From contig OZ247431.1 of the NCBI GenBank assembly GCA_965232875.1, positions 2,102,828 to 2,166,827 on the forward strand: 64,000 nt of DNA, written 5' to 3'. The position numbers and the translations under genes were made by a program. The number at the start of each line of letters is the position of its first letter. The first letter of the stretch is position 1. This stretch comes from Dehalococcoidia bacterium. Lineage in GTDB: Bacteria > Chloroflexota > Dehalococcoidia > Bin125. Below are positions 18,190 through 26,924 of this stretch, in pieces. Under the pieces are notes generated by a model. The model was not told the origin of the DNA and did not search any database. It was given only the letters and a program-made list of their open reading frames with translations.

Positions 18190-19032
18190 TTACGACATTC
18201 CTTCAGGCGATACGACGACCTCTTGCCCACAGTAATCGATGCCCTCTTGGGCATGGGTTTTGAACAGGTTGCTGATGTCAAGTTTGGCCGTCCGCCAGGA
18301 GTTTTCGCCCCAGATCGTGACGTACAGGTTGTGCCCATCCCGTAGTTCCTCGATCATGCCGGAGGCAAAAGGAGCGTCAGCCGCAAAGAAGTCGTTGTTC
18401 TGGATGTCGCGACCGTTCCACTGCGCTGCGCGTGGTCGGTCGCCGTCGATCCACCATGCGATCTCATAACCATCCACGGTTGGAGGCACATCCGTGAGTA
18501 AAACAGCTTGCCGCAAAGAACTACTGCAAATCATGTAGAAACTCACAATGTTCTCGGTGTTGGACGTGGGAGACCTGCCGTCAATGAGCTTCATCCTCTT
18601 GCTGACTTGGGCATATCCATCCGCGGGGTCGTAGCTGTAGTCGAATCCCCACAACACACCGCTTCTCTCCTTCGGCCTCTCCCAGTCTGCGGGCATTTCG
18701 GGCGGCTCAAGCGTAGAGGCTGGCAAACCAAACTCGGGCAATGGTACAGCGACTATCAAGTCGAAAGACTCAGAAGTCCAAATCGGAAATTCGGCACCCA
18801 GATTAGGGACCGTGGCGTTCCATTGGGTGATCGGGGTTTCCAGCCACTCGCCGTTCAGAAACTGGTGAAACGCTAGTGAAGTCGTGCCGTCTTCATTGCT
18901 GCTGGCTTCGATCCTGACACTAACATCCTGCGTTGGATCTTCTGCTCCGGCGAGCATCAATGATCCCACTACGGCGAGCAAAGCCGCCAGAATCCCGACA
19001 AACAGATGATTCGTTCTGCGCAACATGTCCAA
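18190..19032 (-). CDS. Hypothetical secreted/anchored protein
   Basis: 280-aa ORF with an N-terminal hydrophobic signal (LFVGILAALLAVVGSLMLAGA|ED). I recognise no motif. By eye the composition is lower in G+C than the neighbouring genes. Confidence 0.5.
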   Translation of the reverse strand: MDMLRRTNHLFVGILAALLAVVGSLMLAGAEDPTQDVSVRIEASSNEDGTTSLAFHQFLNGEWLETPITQWNATVPNLGAEFPIWTSESFDLIVAVPLPEFGLPASTLEPPEMPADWERPKERSGVLWGFDYSYDPADGYAQVSKRMKLIDGRSPTSNTENIVSFYMICSSSLRQAVLLTDVPPTVDGYEIAWWIDGDRPRAAQWNGRDIQNNDFFAADAPFASGMIEELRDGHNLYVTIWGENSWRTAKLDISNLFKTHAQEGIDYCGQEVVVSPEGMS

Positions 19033-19039
19033 GGCCCAC

Positions 19040-19725
19040 TTCCAGGTACGGGATGGTCTGTTGAAACACAGCGCTCAGCCCGTCGGTTACGCAGAGAAGA
19101 AGGGAACACGGCCAGACCACTCCCTCTTGCTTCGATGCAATCAATTGGCGAGTTTGGCGCTGTGTGGCGGAGCCAGTCTACCCGAGCCAAACCCTGACAC
19201 CGCATCCCCATGGCGTTACAATGAGAATATGTGTTCTCTCCTACCGAAAGGAGCCGACGACAATGTCCGTCTCAGCCCGTCGCAACATCAGCACGCCGCA
19301 CAACCGCCCGCGAACGGAATCGAACAGAATCGAACAAGTCGCCATGTCTCCGCACCTGAAAAAACCTGGAAAATGCTGAAACTCCAAACTTCACGATCCC
19401 CCGTAAAACACTGGATATCGTGCCCCGTTTCCCTGTTTCTCCGCCAAGAAAAAAAGTTCACCGAAAACCTGAAACCCGCCAACCGTTCTACGCCCATCCC
19501 CGCCTCCGAGCGGGGACCCGCACCAGTTCTGGAATCAGTCGAGGCTCCCCAAGAGAAACACTGCGACCATCTGGATCAATCCAGCGAAATCTGGACGAAT
19601 CTGGACAAATCTGGACGTTTCCGAACACTCTTCGAGCCAATTCCCAGCCCAAAGCGCCACTTCCCGACAACTCAGTCGAAAACTCCCGCGCTCAAAGTCT
19701 CCCACTAGCCTGAACAGGTCAGAAC
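19040..19725 (+). repeat. Family D dispersed low-GC non-coding element, copy D1 (longest)
   Basis: It shares these modules with 31825-32090 (same orientation) and 56505-57150 (inverted): caatgagaatatg; cgaacagaatcgaacaa; cacctgaaaaaacctggaaaatgctgaaac; aaaaaaagttcaccgaaaacctgaaac; and three copies of aatctggac at 10-bp spacing (19587-19616). The 60-nt line at 19381-19440 is 50 % G+C. Confidence 0.55.
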
Positions 19726-19743
19726 AACACATTGGAGTCCCCC

Positions 19744-20541
19744 ATGTCCCTCAACCCCGACGCGTACACCACCATCGACATCGACAAGCGCTCCGACGGT
19801 GTAACCGTCGCCACCCTCAATCGTCCCGAGAAGCTCAACGCCGTCAACTCGGCGATGCATCGTGAGCTGTCCACCCTGCCTGTTGACGCCAATCGCGATC
19901 CTGAGGTGCGCGTCCTGGTGCTGACCGGCGCCGGTCGGGCATTTTGCGCCGGCGGCGACTTCTCGGCCGACCGTGATGAGCCGATGGGCGGGCACTATCT
20001 GAACCGGATGAACGAGGCGCGGCTGATCGTCGACAACTGGCTCGACTGCGAGAAGCCGGTGATCTGCGCGGTCAATGGCTATGCCCTCGGCCTGGGCGCG
20101 ACCGTCGCCTTGCTGGCCGATGTCGTCTACATCGGCCGCTCGGGAGTCCTCGGCGACACGCACGTCAACATGGGTATCGGCGCCGGCGACGGCGGCGGTG
20201 TCATCTGGCCGATGCTGGTCGGACCGTCTCGCGCCAAGTATTTCCTGATGACCGGCGAGCATGTCCGAGCAGAGCAAGCCAAGGACATGGGACTGGTCCA
20301 GGATGTGGTTGAGGACGACGAGTTGATGTCAACAACGCTGGCGCTGGCCGAGCGGCTGTCGAATGGTCCGCTGGGCGCGATTTCGGCGTCGAAAGTGCCG
20401 ATCAACAAGTGGATCAAGCACGTCTCGAACATGGTCCTGCCACTGTCGCTCTCAATGGAAGAGAGGACGATGGCAGGCCCGGATGCGTCCGAGGCGCAAG
20501 CGGCGTTCCGCGAGAAGCGACAGCCAAGCTACCGCCGTTAA
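19744..20541 (+). CDS. Enoyl-CoA hydratase/isomerase (crotonase) family
   Basis: The ORF track gives 19732 (TTG). The ATG at 19744 follows GGAG. VLTGAGRAFCAGGDF and VNGYALGLGATVALLADV are crotonase motifs. Confidence 0.85.
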   Translation: MSLNPDAYTTIDIDKRSDGVTVATLNRPEKLNAVNSAMHRELSTLPVDANRDPEVRVLVLTGAGRAFCAGGDFSADRDEPMGGHYLNRMNEARLIVDNWLDCEKPVICAVNGYALGLGATVALLADVVYIGRSGVLGDTHVNMGIGAGDGGGVIWPMLVGPSRAKYFLMTGEHVRAEQAKDMGLVQDVVEDDELMSTTLALAERLSNGPLGAISASKVPINKWIKHVSNMVLPLSLSMEERTMAGPDASEAQAAFREKRQPSYRR

Positions 20542-20629
20542 CCCTGAATCGCGAATCATCGATAGGCTGACCTGTAGTGCGGGGTGCGTCGCGTCGCTTG
20601 GGCATTGACGTGGCCGGGCATGGACATCG

Positions 20630-22297
20630 TTGATTGGCAGGGCTGTTCATATGCTGCTTCGTCCGATGCTGTCCCCGCACGGGGGGTTGACGACCGGGGG
20701 GTTCACGACGTTCGTCGCGTTGCTGGCGCTCCTGGCATTTGCTGGACTTGCCGCTTGCAGCGACTCGATCGAGCAGTCGGATGGCCTTCCGGCGCAGGCC
20801 GAAGATGCCGGCGACCAGCAAGCACAAGTAGAGCAGGAATCGGCAACGCAGGCCGCGACGACAGCGGAGGTCGAAGCAGAAGAACCGCAGCCTGATGCTC
20901 AAGTCGCGCAACAGTCTCAGGACGCTGATGATTCTGCGGCCCAGGCAATGAGTCGAGAGGGCCAGGAGCAACAACAGCAGGATCAGGGATACGATTCGTC
21001 CGATCCGTACGGCTCCGCTGAGGATCAGGCCGCAGACCAGCAGTCCGAGCCTCCTGTCGCCCCCATTCGCAAGTGGCTCGCTGACGGGACTCCCCTCACG
21101 CCCAGTGTGCCTGCCGTACGCGACGAGTACGGCTGGTCGGCAGTGGTAGAGGGCGACGTGATCGCCGTTGGAGCGCCGTATCACGACGTCCTGGGTGTAG
21201 ACACGGGCGCGGTGTTCATCTTCGAGCGAGTCGACGGCGAGTGGTTAGAAACCGCGTACATCCTGCCACCCTTCCCCGATCCGCTGGGCTGGTTCGGCCG
21301 ATGGTTGGCGATCGACGACGGACGCATCGTGATCGGCGCGCCCTATGAAGACGGACGAGGTCTCAACGGCCAACGGATCGATGACTCCGGAGTGGCATAC
21401 GTCTATGAAAAGGTCAATGAGGTCTGGCAACGAACAGGCACGCTGTTGCCGCAAGTTCCGACCGCAGGTGCATCGTTTGGTTGGAGTGTGGCAATCTCCG
21501 GCGACAGGATCGCCGTCTCGGCCTGGGAAGACCCGCTCGCCGGTGCGCAGACCGGTTCGGTGACCACCTTCAAGCTGTACAAGGGACTCTGGCAGGCCGA
21601 GGCCGTACTCCAGCCCTCAGAGGCCAGCGAGCGCATGATGTTCGGTCGAGACATCGACTTGCACAACAACGTCCTGGTCATCGGGGCGCCGGGCGATGAC
21701 ACGATCGCCGAAGACGCCGGCGCAGTCTATGTCTGGCACTTCTACAACAACGAATGGAACTTCGCCGGCAAGCTGGTGGCCTCCGACGGCATCGCCAACG
21801 ACAGGCTGGGATCGCAAGTGGCGTTGCACATGCCCTGGCTGGCTTCGGGCGCGTATGACCATGACGACCCGATGTGGAGTGCCGGTGCGACCTATGTGTG
21901 GAAGCTCGACACGCTCTGGAATCTCCATGCCAAGCTCGAGGCGTCGGATATGCAGCCGGGAGACTGGTTCGGCTATTCAGTCGACATCAAGGACGAGCGA
22001 ATGGTAGTCGGCGCACCGCATCGAGCCCATCCTGAGTCTGGCACCTACCGAAGCGGCGCAGCCTATGCCTTTGAGTTGATCGATGACGAGTGGGTTGAGG
22101 TCGGCGTGCTCGGTCCGGTCGACGCCATCGAAGCCGGCGAGCGAGCAGAGTTCGGCTGGGTCGCCGAGATCGACGGAACGACCGCCGTTGTTGGAGCCTG
22201 GCTCGCCGACACGGAAGCTGGCGAGGACGCCGGCGCGGCCGCCGTCTACGAACTACCGACCGATGCGACGGATGCAACGGACGAAGCGACCGAGTAG
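20630..22297 (+). CDS. Lipoprotein with acidic/Q-rich tether and FG-GAP-like beta-propeller repeats
   Basis: 555-aa ORF. A lipobox (GLAAC) is followed by a tether of about 100 aa rich in Q/E/D/A. Repeated blades of the form 'xIAVGAPYHD..GAVFIFE', 'IVIGAPYEDG...GVAYVYE', 'LVIGAPGDD...GAVYVW' and 'MVVGAPHRA...GAAYAFE' follow. Confidence 0.55.
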   Translation: MIGRAVHMLLRPMLSPHGGLTTGGFTTFVALLALLAFAGLAACSDSIEQSDGLPAQAEDAGDQQAQVEQESATQAATTAEVEAEEPQPDAQVAQQSQDADDSAAQAMSREGQEQQQQDQGYDSSDPYGSAEDQAADQQSEPPVAPIRKWLADGTPLTPSVPAVRDEYGWSAVVEGDVIAVGAPYHDVLGVDTGAVFIFERVDGEWLETAYILPPFPDPLGWFGRWLAIDDGRIVIGAPYEDGRGLNGQRIDDSGVAYVYEKVNEVWQRTGTLLPQVPTAGASFGWSVAISGDRIAVSAWEDPLAGAQTGSVTTFKLYKGLWQAEAVLQPSEASERMMFGRDIDLHNNVLVIGAPGDDTIAEDAGAVYVWHFYNNEWNFAGKLVASDGIANDRLGSQVALHMPWLASGAYDHDDPMWSAGATYVWKLDTLWNLHAKLEASDMQPGDWFGYSVDIKDERMVVGAPHRAHPESGTYRSGAAYAFELIDDEWVEVGVLGPVDAIEAGERAEFGWVAEIDGTTAVVGAWLADTEAGEDAGAAAVYELPTDATDATDEATE

Positions 22298-23077
22298 CTA
22301 GCGGTCCGGGCCACGCACGGTGACGCCGCCGTCGATCGGCAAGATCACGCCGGTCACGTACTTGGCCTCGTCGCTGGCCAAGTAGACAGCGGCCCAGCCG
22401 ATGTCCCATGGCTCGCCCTCCTGCTTGAGCAGGCTGGCGTTCTTGCGACGCTCCCGTAGCTCGTCCGACATCCCGGCCGAGTAGACCATCGGCGTATAGA
22501 CCGGCCCCGGCATGATGCAATTGGCCCTGATCCGGTCGCGTCCGTGATCGACCGCCAGCGCCTGGGTCAGCGTCGCGACGGCCGCCTTGCTCACGCTGTA
22601 GGCCGTCAGCCCGCGAGGTCGCAGCGCGGCGATCGAGGACACGTTGGTGATTGCGCCCCTGCCGTTCTCGCGCATTGCCGGAACGGCGTGCTTGCAGGTC
22701 AGCATCATCGAGGTAACGTTGACCCTCTGCACATGGTCCCACTCGACCTCGGAGATCTGCTCCACCGTGCCGCGACCACCGATCCCGACATTGTTGTGCA
22801 GGATGTCGAGTTTGCCGTAACGGCTGACGGCGTCGGCGACAATGCGGGCGCAGTCTTCGGTAGCGGTGACATCGGCGACCGCAATGGCGGCGTCGTTGCC
22901 TTCGGCCCGAATCATGTCGAGCGTCGCCTGCACCGCTTCTTCATCGCGGTCGACGAGCAACACGTCGGCGCCCTCGCGAGCAAAGAGGATGGCAGTGGCG
23001 CGGCCATTGCCAATCCCCTCAGCGCGAGAGCCAGCGCCAGTAACGATGGCAGATTTGCCGGTAAGTCGGTCGGGCAT
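22298..23077 (-). CDS. Short-chain dehydrogenase/reductase (SDR)
   Basis: 259-aa ORF with TGAGSRAEGIGNG (cofactor motif), NNVG and the catalytic YSVSKAA. Confidence 0.9.
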   Translation of the reverse strand: MPDRLTGKSAIVTGAGSRAEGIGNGRATAILFAREGADVLLVDRDEEAVQATLDMIRAEGNDAAIAVADVTATEDCARIVADAVSRYGKLDILHNNVGIGGRGTVEQISEVEWDHVQRVNVTSMMLTCKHAVPAMRENGRGAITNVSSIAALRPRGLTAYSVSKAAVATLTQALAVDHGRDRIRANCIMPGPVYTPMVYSAGMSDELRERRKNASLLKQEGEPWDIGWAAVYLASDEAKYVTGVILPIDGGVTVRGPDR

Positions 23078-23097
23078 GAGCGCAGTCCTTTCGCTGT

Positions 23098-24432
23098 TTA
23101 GTCAAAGTGAACTGGGTGGGGAATCGGCTTGGAACGTCGTTGTGGCTTCCACAGCACCTCACGCAACAGTTGCGGAATCGCCGGCGGGAGACGGAAATTG
23201 CCTCGTTCATTGCGGTCGGCGCGGACCCAGAGGATCATCACGATCAGAAGCAGCGGACCGAAGAATGCAGCCAAGCCAAGGAAGACGTTGGGCAAAGGAT
23301 TTGCCTCGACAACGCGCCCGAAGATTGGCAGGAAGGGCAGCATGATCAGCGCCCAGCCCATGTGATTGAGTGACAATGCGGTCGCTCGAAGATGGGACGG
23401 GATGCGCCGATTGAGGTATCCCTCCATCAGCGGCATCTGCGCGCCCCGCGCCAGTCCGAGGATGATGAACAGCGCGACCACGCCGAGGTGATCGATGAGC
23501 CCAACGCCGACGTAGACCAGCACGACCCAGAACGGCATCGAGGCCAGCGTTCGCACGATGCCGAAGCGAATTGCCAGCCAAAACGCCAGGGCTGCGGCGA
23601 ATACCGTGGCAATCCGCGCCGGCGCTTGCAGCGCCGAGAAGAGCCAGCCGACTTCCACTCCTTGTTCCTTGAGGAATGGTTGCAGCAGGTAAAACTCAGG
23701 CACCATCGACGCGATCAGGATCGCGCTGAAGAGGAGCGAATAGCGGATCGTCGGCGTGCTTCCGGCCAGTCGCAGCGTCTCCTTGAGCAACTGCATGTAC
23801 GACGGTCCGCGTGAAGCGAGTTCGTTGTCGTGTCTGGGCGGCTCCCTGAACAACAGGGAAATCATCAGGGCGAGCCCCGTGGCCGTCGTCCCGGCCAATA
23901 GCGCTCCGCGACCGCCGATCTCGCCGGCGATGACTCCGCCGGTGAGTGTCGCCAGGACCAGCGCGACCGACCGCACCGCGAACGCTCGTCCCGCCTGGCG
24001 CTCGAAGTCGCGCTCTCGGCCCAACGCCTGTAGTGAGTCGTGTAGAAACGCGCTGTCGGTGCCGGTGATCGCCACCATCGCCAGTCCCCACAGCGACCAG
24101 GCCACCGCAATCATCCAGAACCCGTCCGAGAAGGCAAACCAGGCCGTGAAGACCATAAAGATGAACAGCGATGCTCGGATGGTCCGCACGCGGCCGAATC
24201 GATCGGCCAGCGCTCCGGCCAGCGGTTGCCCAAACGACGTGATCACATAGAACGCCGGACCGATGGCTCCGAGTTGGGCAAACGTAAGTCCGACCTCATC
24301 GGTCGCGAAAATGATCCAGACCGGCATCCAGAAGTGCAGGTCATGGAAGAAGTAGAAGATCGGGTAGAGACGCAAGTTGCGTCGCCACTTCGATCGCTGA
24401 TCAACTCCGTTGAGGTTGGGCGATGCACTCAC
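23098..24432 (-). CDS. MFS transporter
   Basis: 444-aa ORF with about 12 hydrophobic segments. GALADRFGRVRT is the MFS loop 2-3 motif. Confidence 0.8.
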   Translation of the reverse strand: MSASPNLNGVDQRSKWRRNLRLYPIFYFFHDLHFWMPVWIIFATDEVGLTFAQLGAIGPAFYVITSFGQPLAGALADRFGRVRTIRASLFIFMVFTAWFAFSDGFWMIAVAWSLWGLAMVAITGTDSAFLHDSLQALGRERDFERQAGRAFAVRSVALVLATLTGGVIAGEIGGRGALLAGTTATGLALMISLLFREPPRHDNELASRGPSYMQLLKETLRLAGSTPTIRYSLLFSAILIASMVPEFYLLQPFLKEQGVEVGWLFSALQAPARIATVFAAALAFWLAIRFGIVRTLASMPFWVVLVYVGVGLIDHLGVVALFIILGLARGAQMPLMEGYLNRRIPSHLRATALSLNHMGWALIMLPFLPIFGRVVEANPLPNVFLGLAAFFGPLLLIVMILWVRADRNERGNFRLPPAIPQLLREVLWKPQRRSKPIPHPVHFD

Positions 24433-24526
24433 TTGGGCAGGGTAGGCGCTTGCTGCTTCGAATACGTGGGGAAGCCGCCTATAGACTTGCCCTAATCCAA
24501 CCCAGACCAGTGGAGAGCGGAGTTCT

Positions 24527-25309
24527 ATGGCACACGAACAGATTCTGACCGAGACGATCGGACGCGTCGGAGTGATCCGGCTGAACCGGCCCGAGAAGCT
24601 GAATGCCTGGACCAGTCAGATGGCCGAAGAGATGACCGATCAGATCGAGGCCTGGAACAACGACGACGGCATCGGCGCGATCGTGCTCGCCGGCGAAGGT
24701 CGGGCCTTCTGCGCCGGCGCCGACTTGCAGGGATTCAATCAACGCCTGGCCGACGATCCCGAAGCCAGCGCCGGATCGGGACGCGAAGTCAACTGGACTC
24801 AGTTCATCCGAGAGTCAAAGCCCGTAATCGTCGCAATTCACGGTTACGCCGTCGGCGTCGGATTGACCCTCGCATTGCCGGCCGACGTCCGCTACGCGGC
24901 GGAGAACACGAAGCTTTCGATTCGCTTCGTCAAGGTCGGCCTGGTTCCGGAACTGGGCTCGACCCGTCTGCTGGCGCAACTGGTAGGACTCGGCCACGCA
25001 ACCGACATCTGTCTCTCCGGCCGGATGGTCCCGGCAGACGAGGCGGCGCGGATCGGTCTGGTCTCAGCAGTCGTGCCCAAGGAAGAGTTGTTCGACACCG
25101 CGATGGCCAAGGCCGAAGAGCTAGCCAACAATCCAACCGCTGTCGTGCGCAAGATCAAGACGCTGCTCAACGACAACGTGACCGAGCCCAACCTCATGAG
25201 AGTCATGGAGCGAGAAGGCGCCCGAGACCGGGAGTCGCGCCGCCTGCCATCCCACACCGAGGCCGTGACGGCGTTCCTTGAGAAGCGCGAGCCGGTCTTC
25301 AATCAGTAG
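24527..25309 (+). CDS. Enoyl-CoA hydratase/isomerase (crotonase) family
   Basis: 260-aa ORF with VLAGEGRAFCAGADL and IHGYAVGVGLTLALPADVRY. Confidence 0.85.
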   Translation: MAHEQILTETIGRVGVIRLNRPEKLNAWTSQMAEEMTDQIEAWNNDDGIGAIVLAGEGRAFCAGADLQGFNQRLADDPEASAGSGREVNWTQFIRESKPVIVAIHGYAVGVGLTLALPADVRYAAENTKLSIRFVKVGLVPELGSTRLLAQLVGLGHATDICLSGRMVPADEAARIGLVSAVVPKEELFDTAMAKAEELANNPTAVVRKIKTLLNDNVTEPNLMRVMEREGARDRESRRLPSHTEAVTAFLEKREPVFNQ

Positions 25310-25387
25310 GGAGTGCCTCCTAGTCGGGCAGTACGGGCAACCTGGAAACTCCTTCGAGTCCGCCAATAGGAGCGGAAAGCAGCCGAT

Positions 25388-25837
25388 GTGTCGCTGACTC
25401 AGGATGAGTTCGACGCAATCATGGCCGACGAGTCCAAACGGATCGCCGGTGATGTCGTGTGGTTTCCAGACTCTGACCGCACAGGGGCATATAAGTTACG
25501 AGCAAGCATCGAATGGGATGGAGATGGCGTGTTGGAAGTCTCCGGTTTTCAGAGAAGCGAGACTGAGCGCTTGACCTATACCTTGATTCACGATCGAGTG
25601 CGGATTGCCGGGCTCGATCTGGGCGACGTGTCCCACAACAACCTGGATGGGACAAGAGTTGAAGGCAGGCACTTCCACCGCTGGTCCGCTCGATACGGTA
25701 GCCCGGAGGCACGCCCCGCCACCTCAATCATCGGTCGCTACGACCAGCCAGGTATCGTGTGGGCGCAGTTCTGCCAAGAATTGCGTATCGTGCATCGAGG
25801 AGAACTTCGAGGAACCATTGTGGAAACGGAGCTGTGA
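25388..25837 (+). CDS. Hypothetical protein with His-rich HNNLDG...GRHFHRW motif
   Basis: 149-aa ORF with a GTG start in the track. I cannot assign a family with confidence. Its stop TGA (25835-25837) shares one nt with the ATG of the next gene. Confidence 0.5.
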   Translation: MSLTQDEFDAIMADESKRIAGDVVWFPDSDRTGAYKLRASIEWDGDGVLEVSGFQRSETERLTYTLIHDRVRIAGLDLGDVSHNNLDGTRVEGRHFHRWSARYGSPEARPATSIIGRYDQPGIVWAQFCQELRIVHRGELRGTIVETEL

Positions 25838-26253
25838 TGAGTGAAATCGAGCTCCTCGGCACTCTAGAAGGAGTGTTGCCGGCCGAGTCTGGCCAGCTTC
25901 GGATGCTGGACAGTGGATGGGTGCGCATTCGCACTGAGCTTGAGCTACCAGACGGCCACCCTATTGATGTCTATGTCGAGGCTTATGGCGAGCAATTCCG
26001 AATCTTCGACGGCGGCTCTGCGACATTGGCTCTTGAATGTGGCGACGCGGGAGAGGTCACTGCCAGGATGCGGAGACGGATCGAGAATATTGCTGATGTC
26101 TCTGGAATCGCAGTTGACGGACTCGACCTGTTTGTCGACGTCGTGGGAGTGGATGATCTAGTGGACGCTGTTGCGAGAATGTCGCGAACCGTTTACGAGA
26201 TCGCCAGAATGGGCGCATCAGCGGAGACAGCAGAGTTTGTGGCGAGCGACTAA
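25837..26253 (+). CDS. DUF1828-like protein
   Basis: This uses an internal ATG of track ORF 25759-26253, in the same frame, giving 138 aa. WVRIRTELELPDGHPIDVYVEAYGEQFRIFDGGSATLALECGD...RRIENIADVSGIAVDGLDLFVDV resembles the DUF1828 pattern, which I recall from memory. It is translationally coupled to 25388-25837. Confidence 0.5.
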   Translation: MSEIELLGTLEGVLPAESGQLRMLDSGWVRIRTELELPDGHPIDVYVEAYGEQFRIFDGGSATLALECGDAGEVTARMRRRIENIADVSGIAVDGLDLFVDVVGVDDLVDAVARMSRTVYEIARMGASAETAEFVASD

Positions 26254-26924
26254 CGGCTGAACAACAGCCCCTGCACCTCCGGCAGTCCTGTGGCCACTGC
26301 CGTAGCTCCTTGACTGATGAGAAATTCCGCATCCCGCACCCCGACGATGCCGATCACACCGGCGAAGTTGGCGTTCTTGCCCGCTCCCATGTCCGATTCC
26401 GTGTCTCCCACCATTGCCGATGTCTCTGGTACTCCCTTGAGAATGTCCAGAGCGTGCATGAGTGGAGCCGGATGCGGTTTTGGGTCGCTGGCGGTGTCGG
26501 CGCCGATGATGGTCTCGAAGCGATCGGTCCAGCCGAGCAACTCGACCGTCTTGCGACCCGCATCCTCACGCTTGTTCGTGACCACGGCCATCGGAACATC
26601 CGCCTCGCAGAGCGCGTCGAGTAGCGCCTCTGCACCGGGCAAGGGACGCGTGCGCGGCATGTACGTCTGTTCGTAGCGCCTCAAGTAGTCCATGTAGATC
26701 GGCTGCGCCTGTTCGGCGTTGAGACCGAGCATGTTGTGGAGCATCACCGGCAGCGGAGGTCCGATGTACTTGAGCAGCAACTCCTTGTCGACGGAATGGC
26801 CGTGCGCGTTGATCGTCTCGAGCATGCAACCGATGACCAGCGGCTCGGTGTCGGCGAGCGTGCCGTCGAGATCGAAGATCACCGAACGGTACCGCGCCGT
26901 TGCCACGCTGTTGGCTGCGCTCAT
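26250..26924 (-). CDS. HAD-superfamily phosphatase (phosphoglycolate-phosphatase-like)
   Basis: The ORF track gives 26250-27032. I prefer the ATG at 26924 (MSAANSVATARYRSVIFDLDGTLADT). It has HAD motif I DLDGT, then VTNK and a late GDTESDMGAGKNA. Confidence 0.8.
   Translation of the reverse strand: MSAANSVATARYRSVIFDLDGTLADTEPLVIGCMLETINAHGHSVDKELLLKYIGPPLPVMLHNMLGLNAEQAQPIYMDYLRRYEQTYMPRTRPLPGAEALLDALCEADVPMAVVTNKREDAGRKTVELLGWTDRFETIIGADTASDPKPHPAPLMHALDILKGVPETSAMVGDTESDMGAGKNANFAGVIGIVGVRDAEFLISQGATAVATGLPEVQGLLFSR

Noticed and set aside
19587-19616. Tandem 10-bp repeats (aatctggac x3, ctgaaa arrays, gcggcggacag x3) considered as a mini-CRISPR array or as oriC/iteron-type replication origins.
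   Set aside because: The units are far too short and have no spacers, so they are not CRISPR. No cas genes are present. Three dispersed copies and the absence of recognisable DnaA boxes (TTATCCACA-like) or dnaA/dnaN nearby argue against an origin.
19025-19708. 227-aa plus-strand ORF spanning the whole 18190-19744 intergenic gap. A shorter 39-codon ORF at 19263 has an AGGAG-like box.
   Set aside because: The composition is non-protein-like (S/P/K/R-rich, no domains). Its similarity to the other family D copies is kept at the DNA level but falls in different reading frames, so the conservation is not coding.
20414-21184. 256-aa minus-strand ORF opposite the 5' part of the FG-GAP lipoprotein gene.
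   Set aside because: It lies opposite the low-complexity tether region. The product is R/L/C-rich with no motifs, so it is a shadow ORF.
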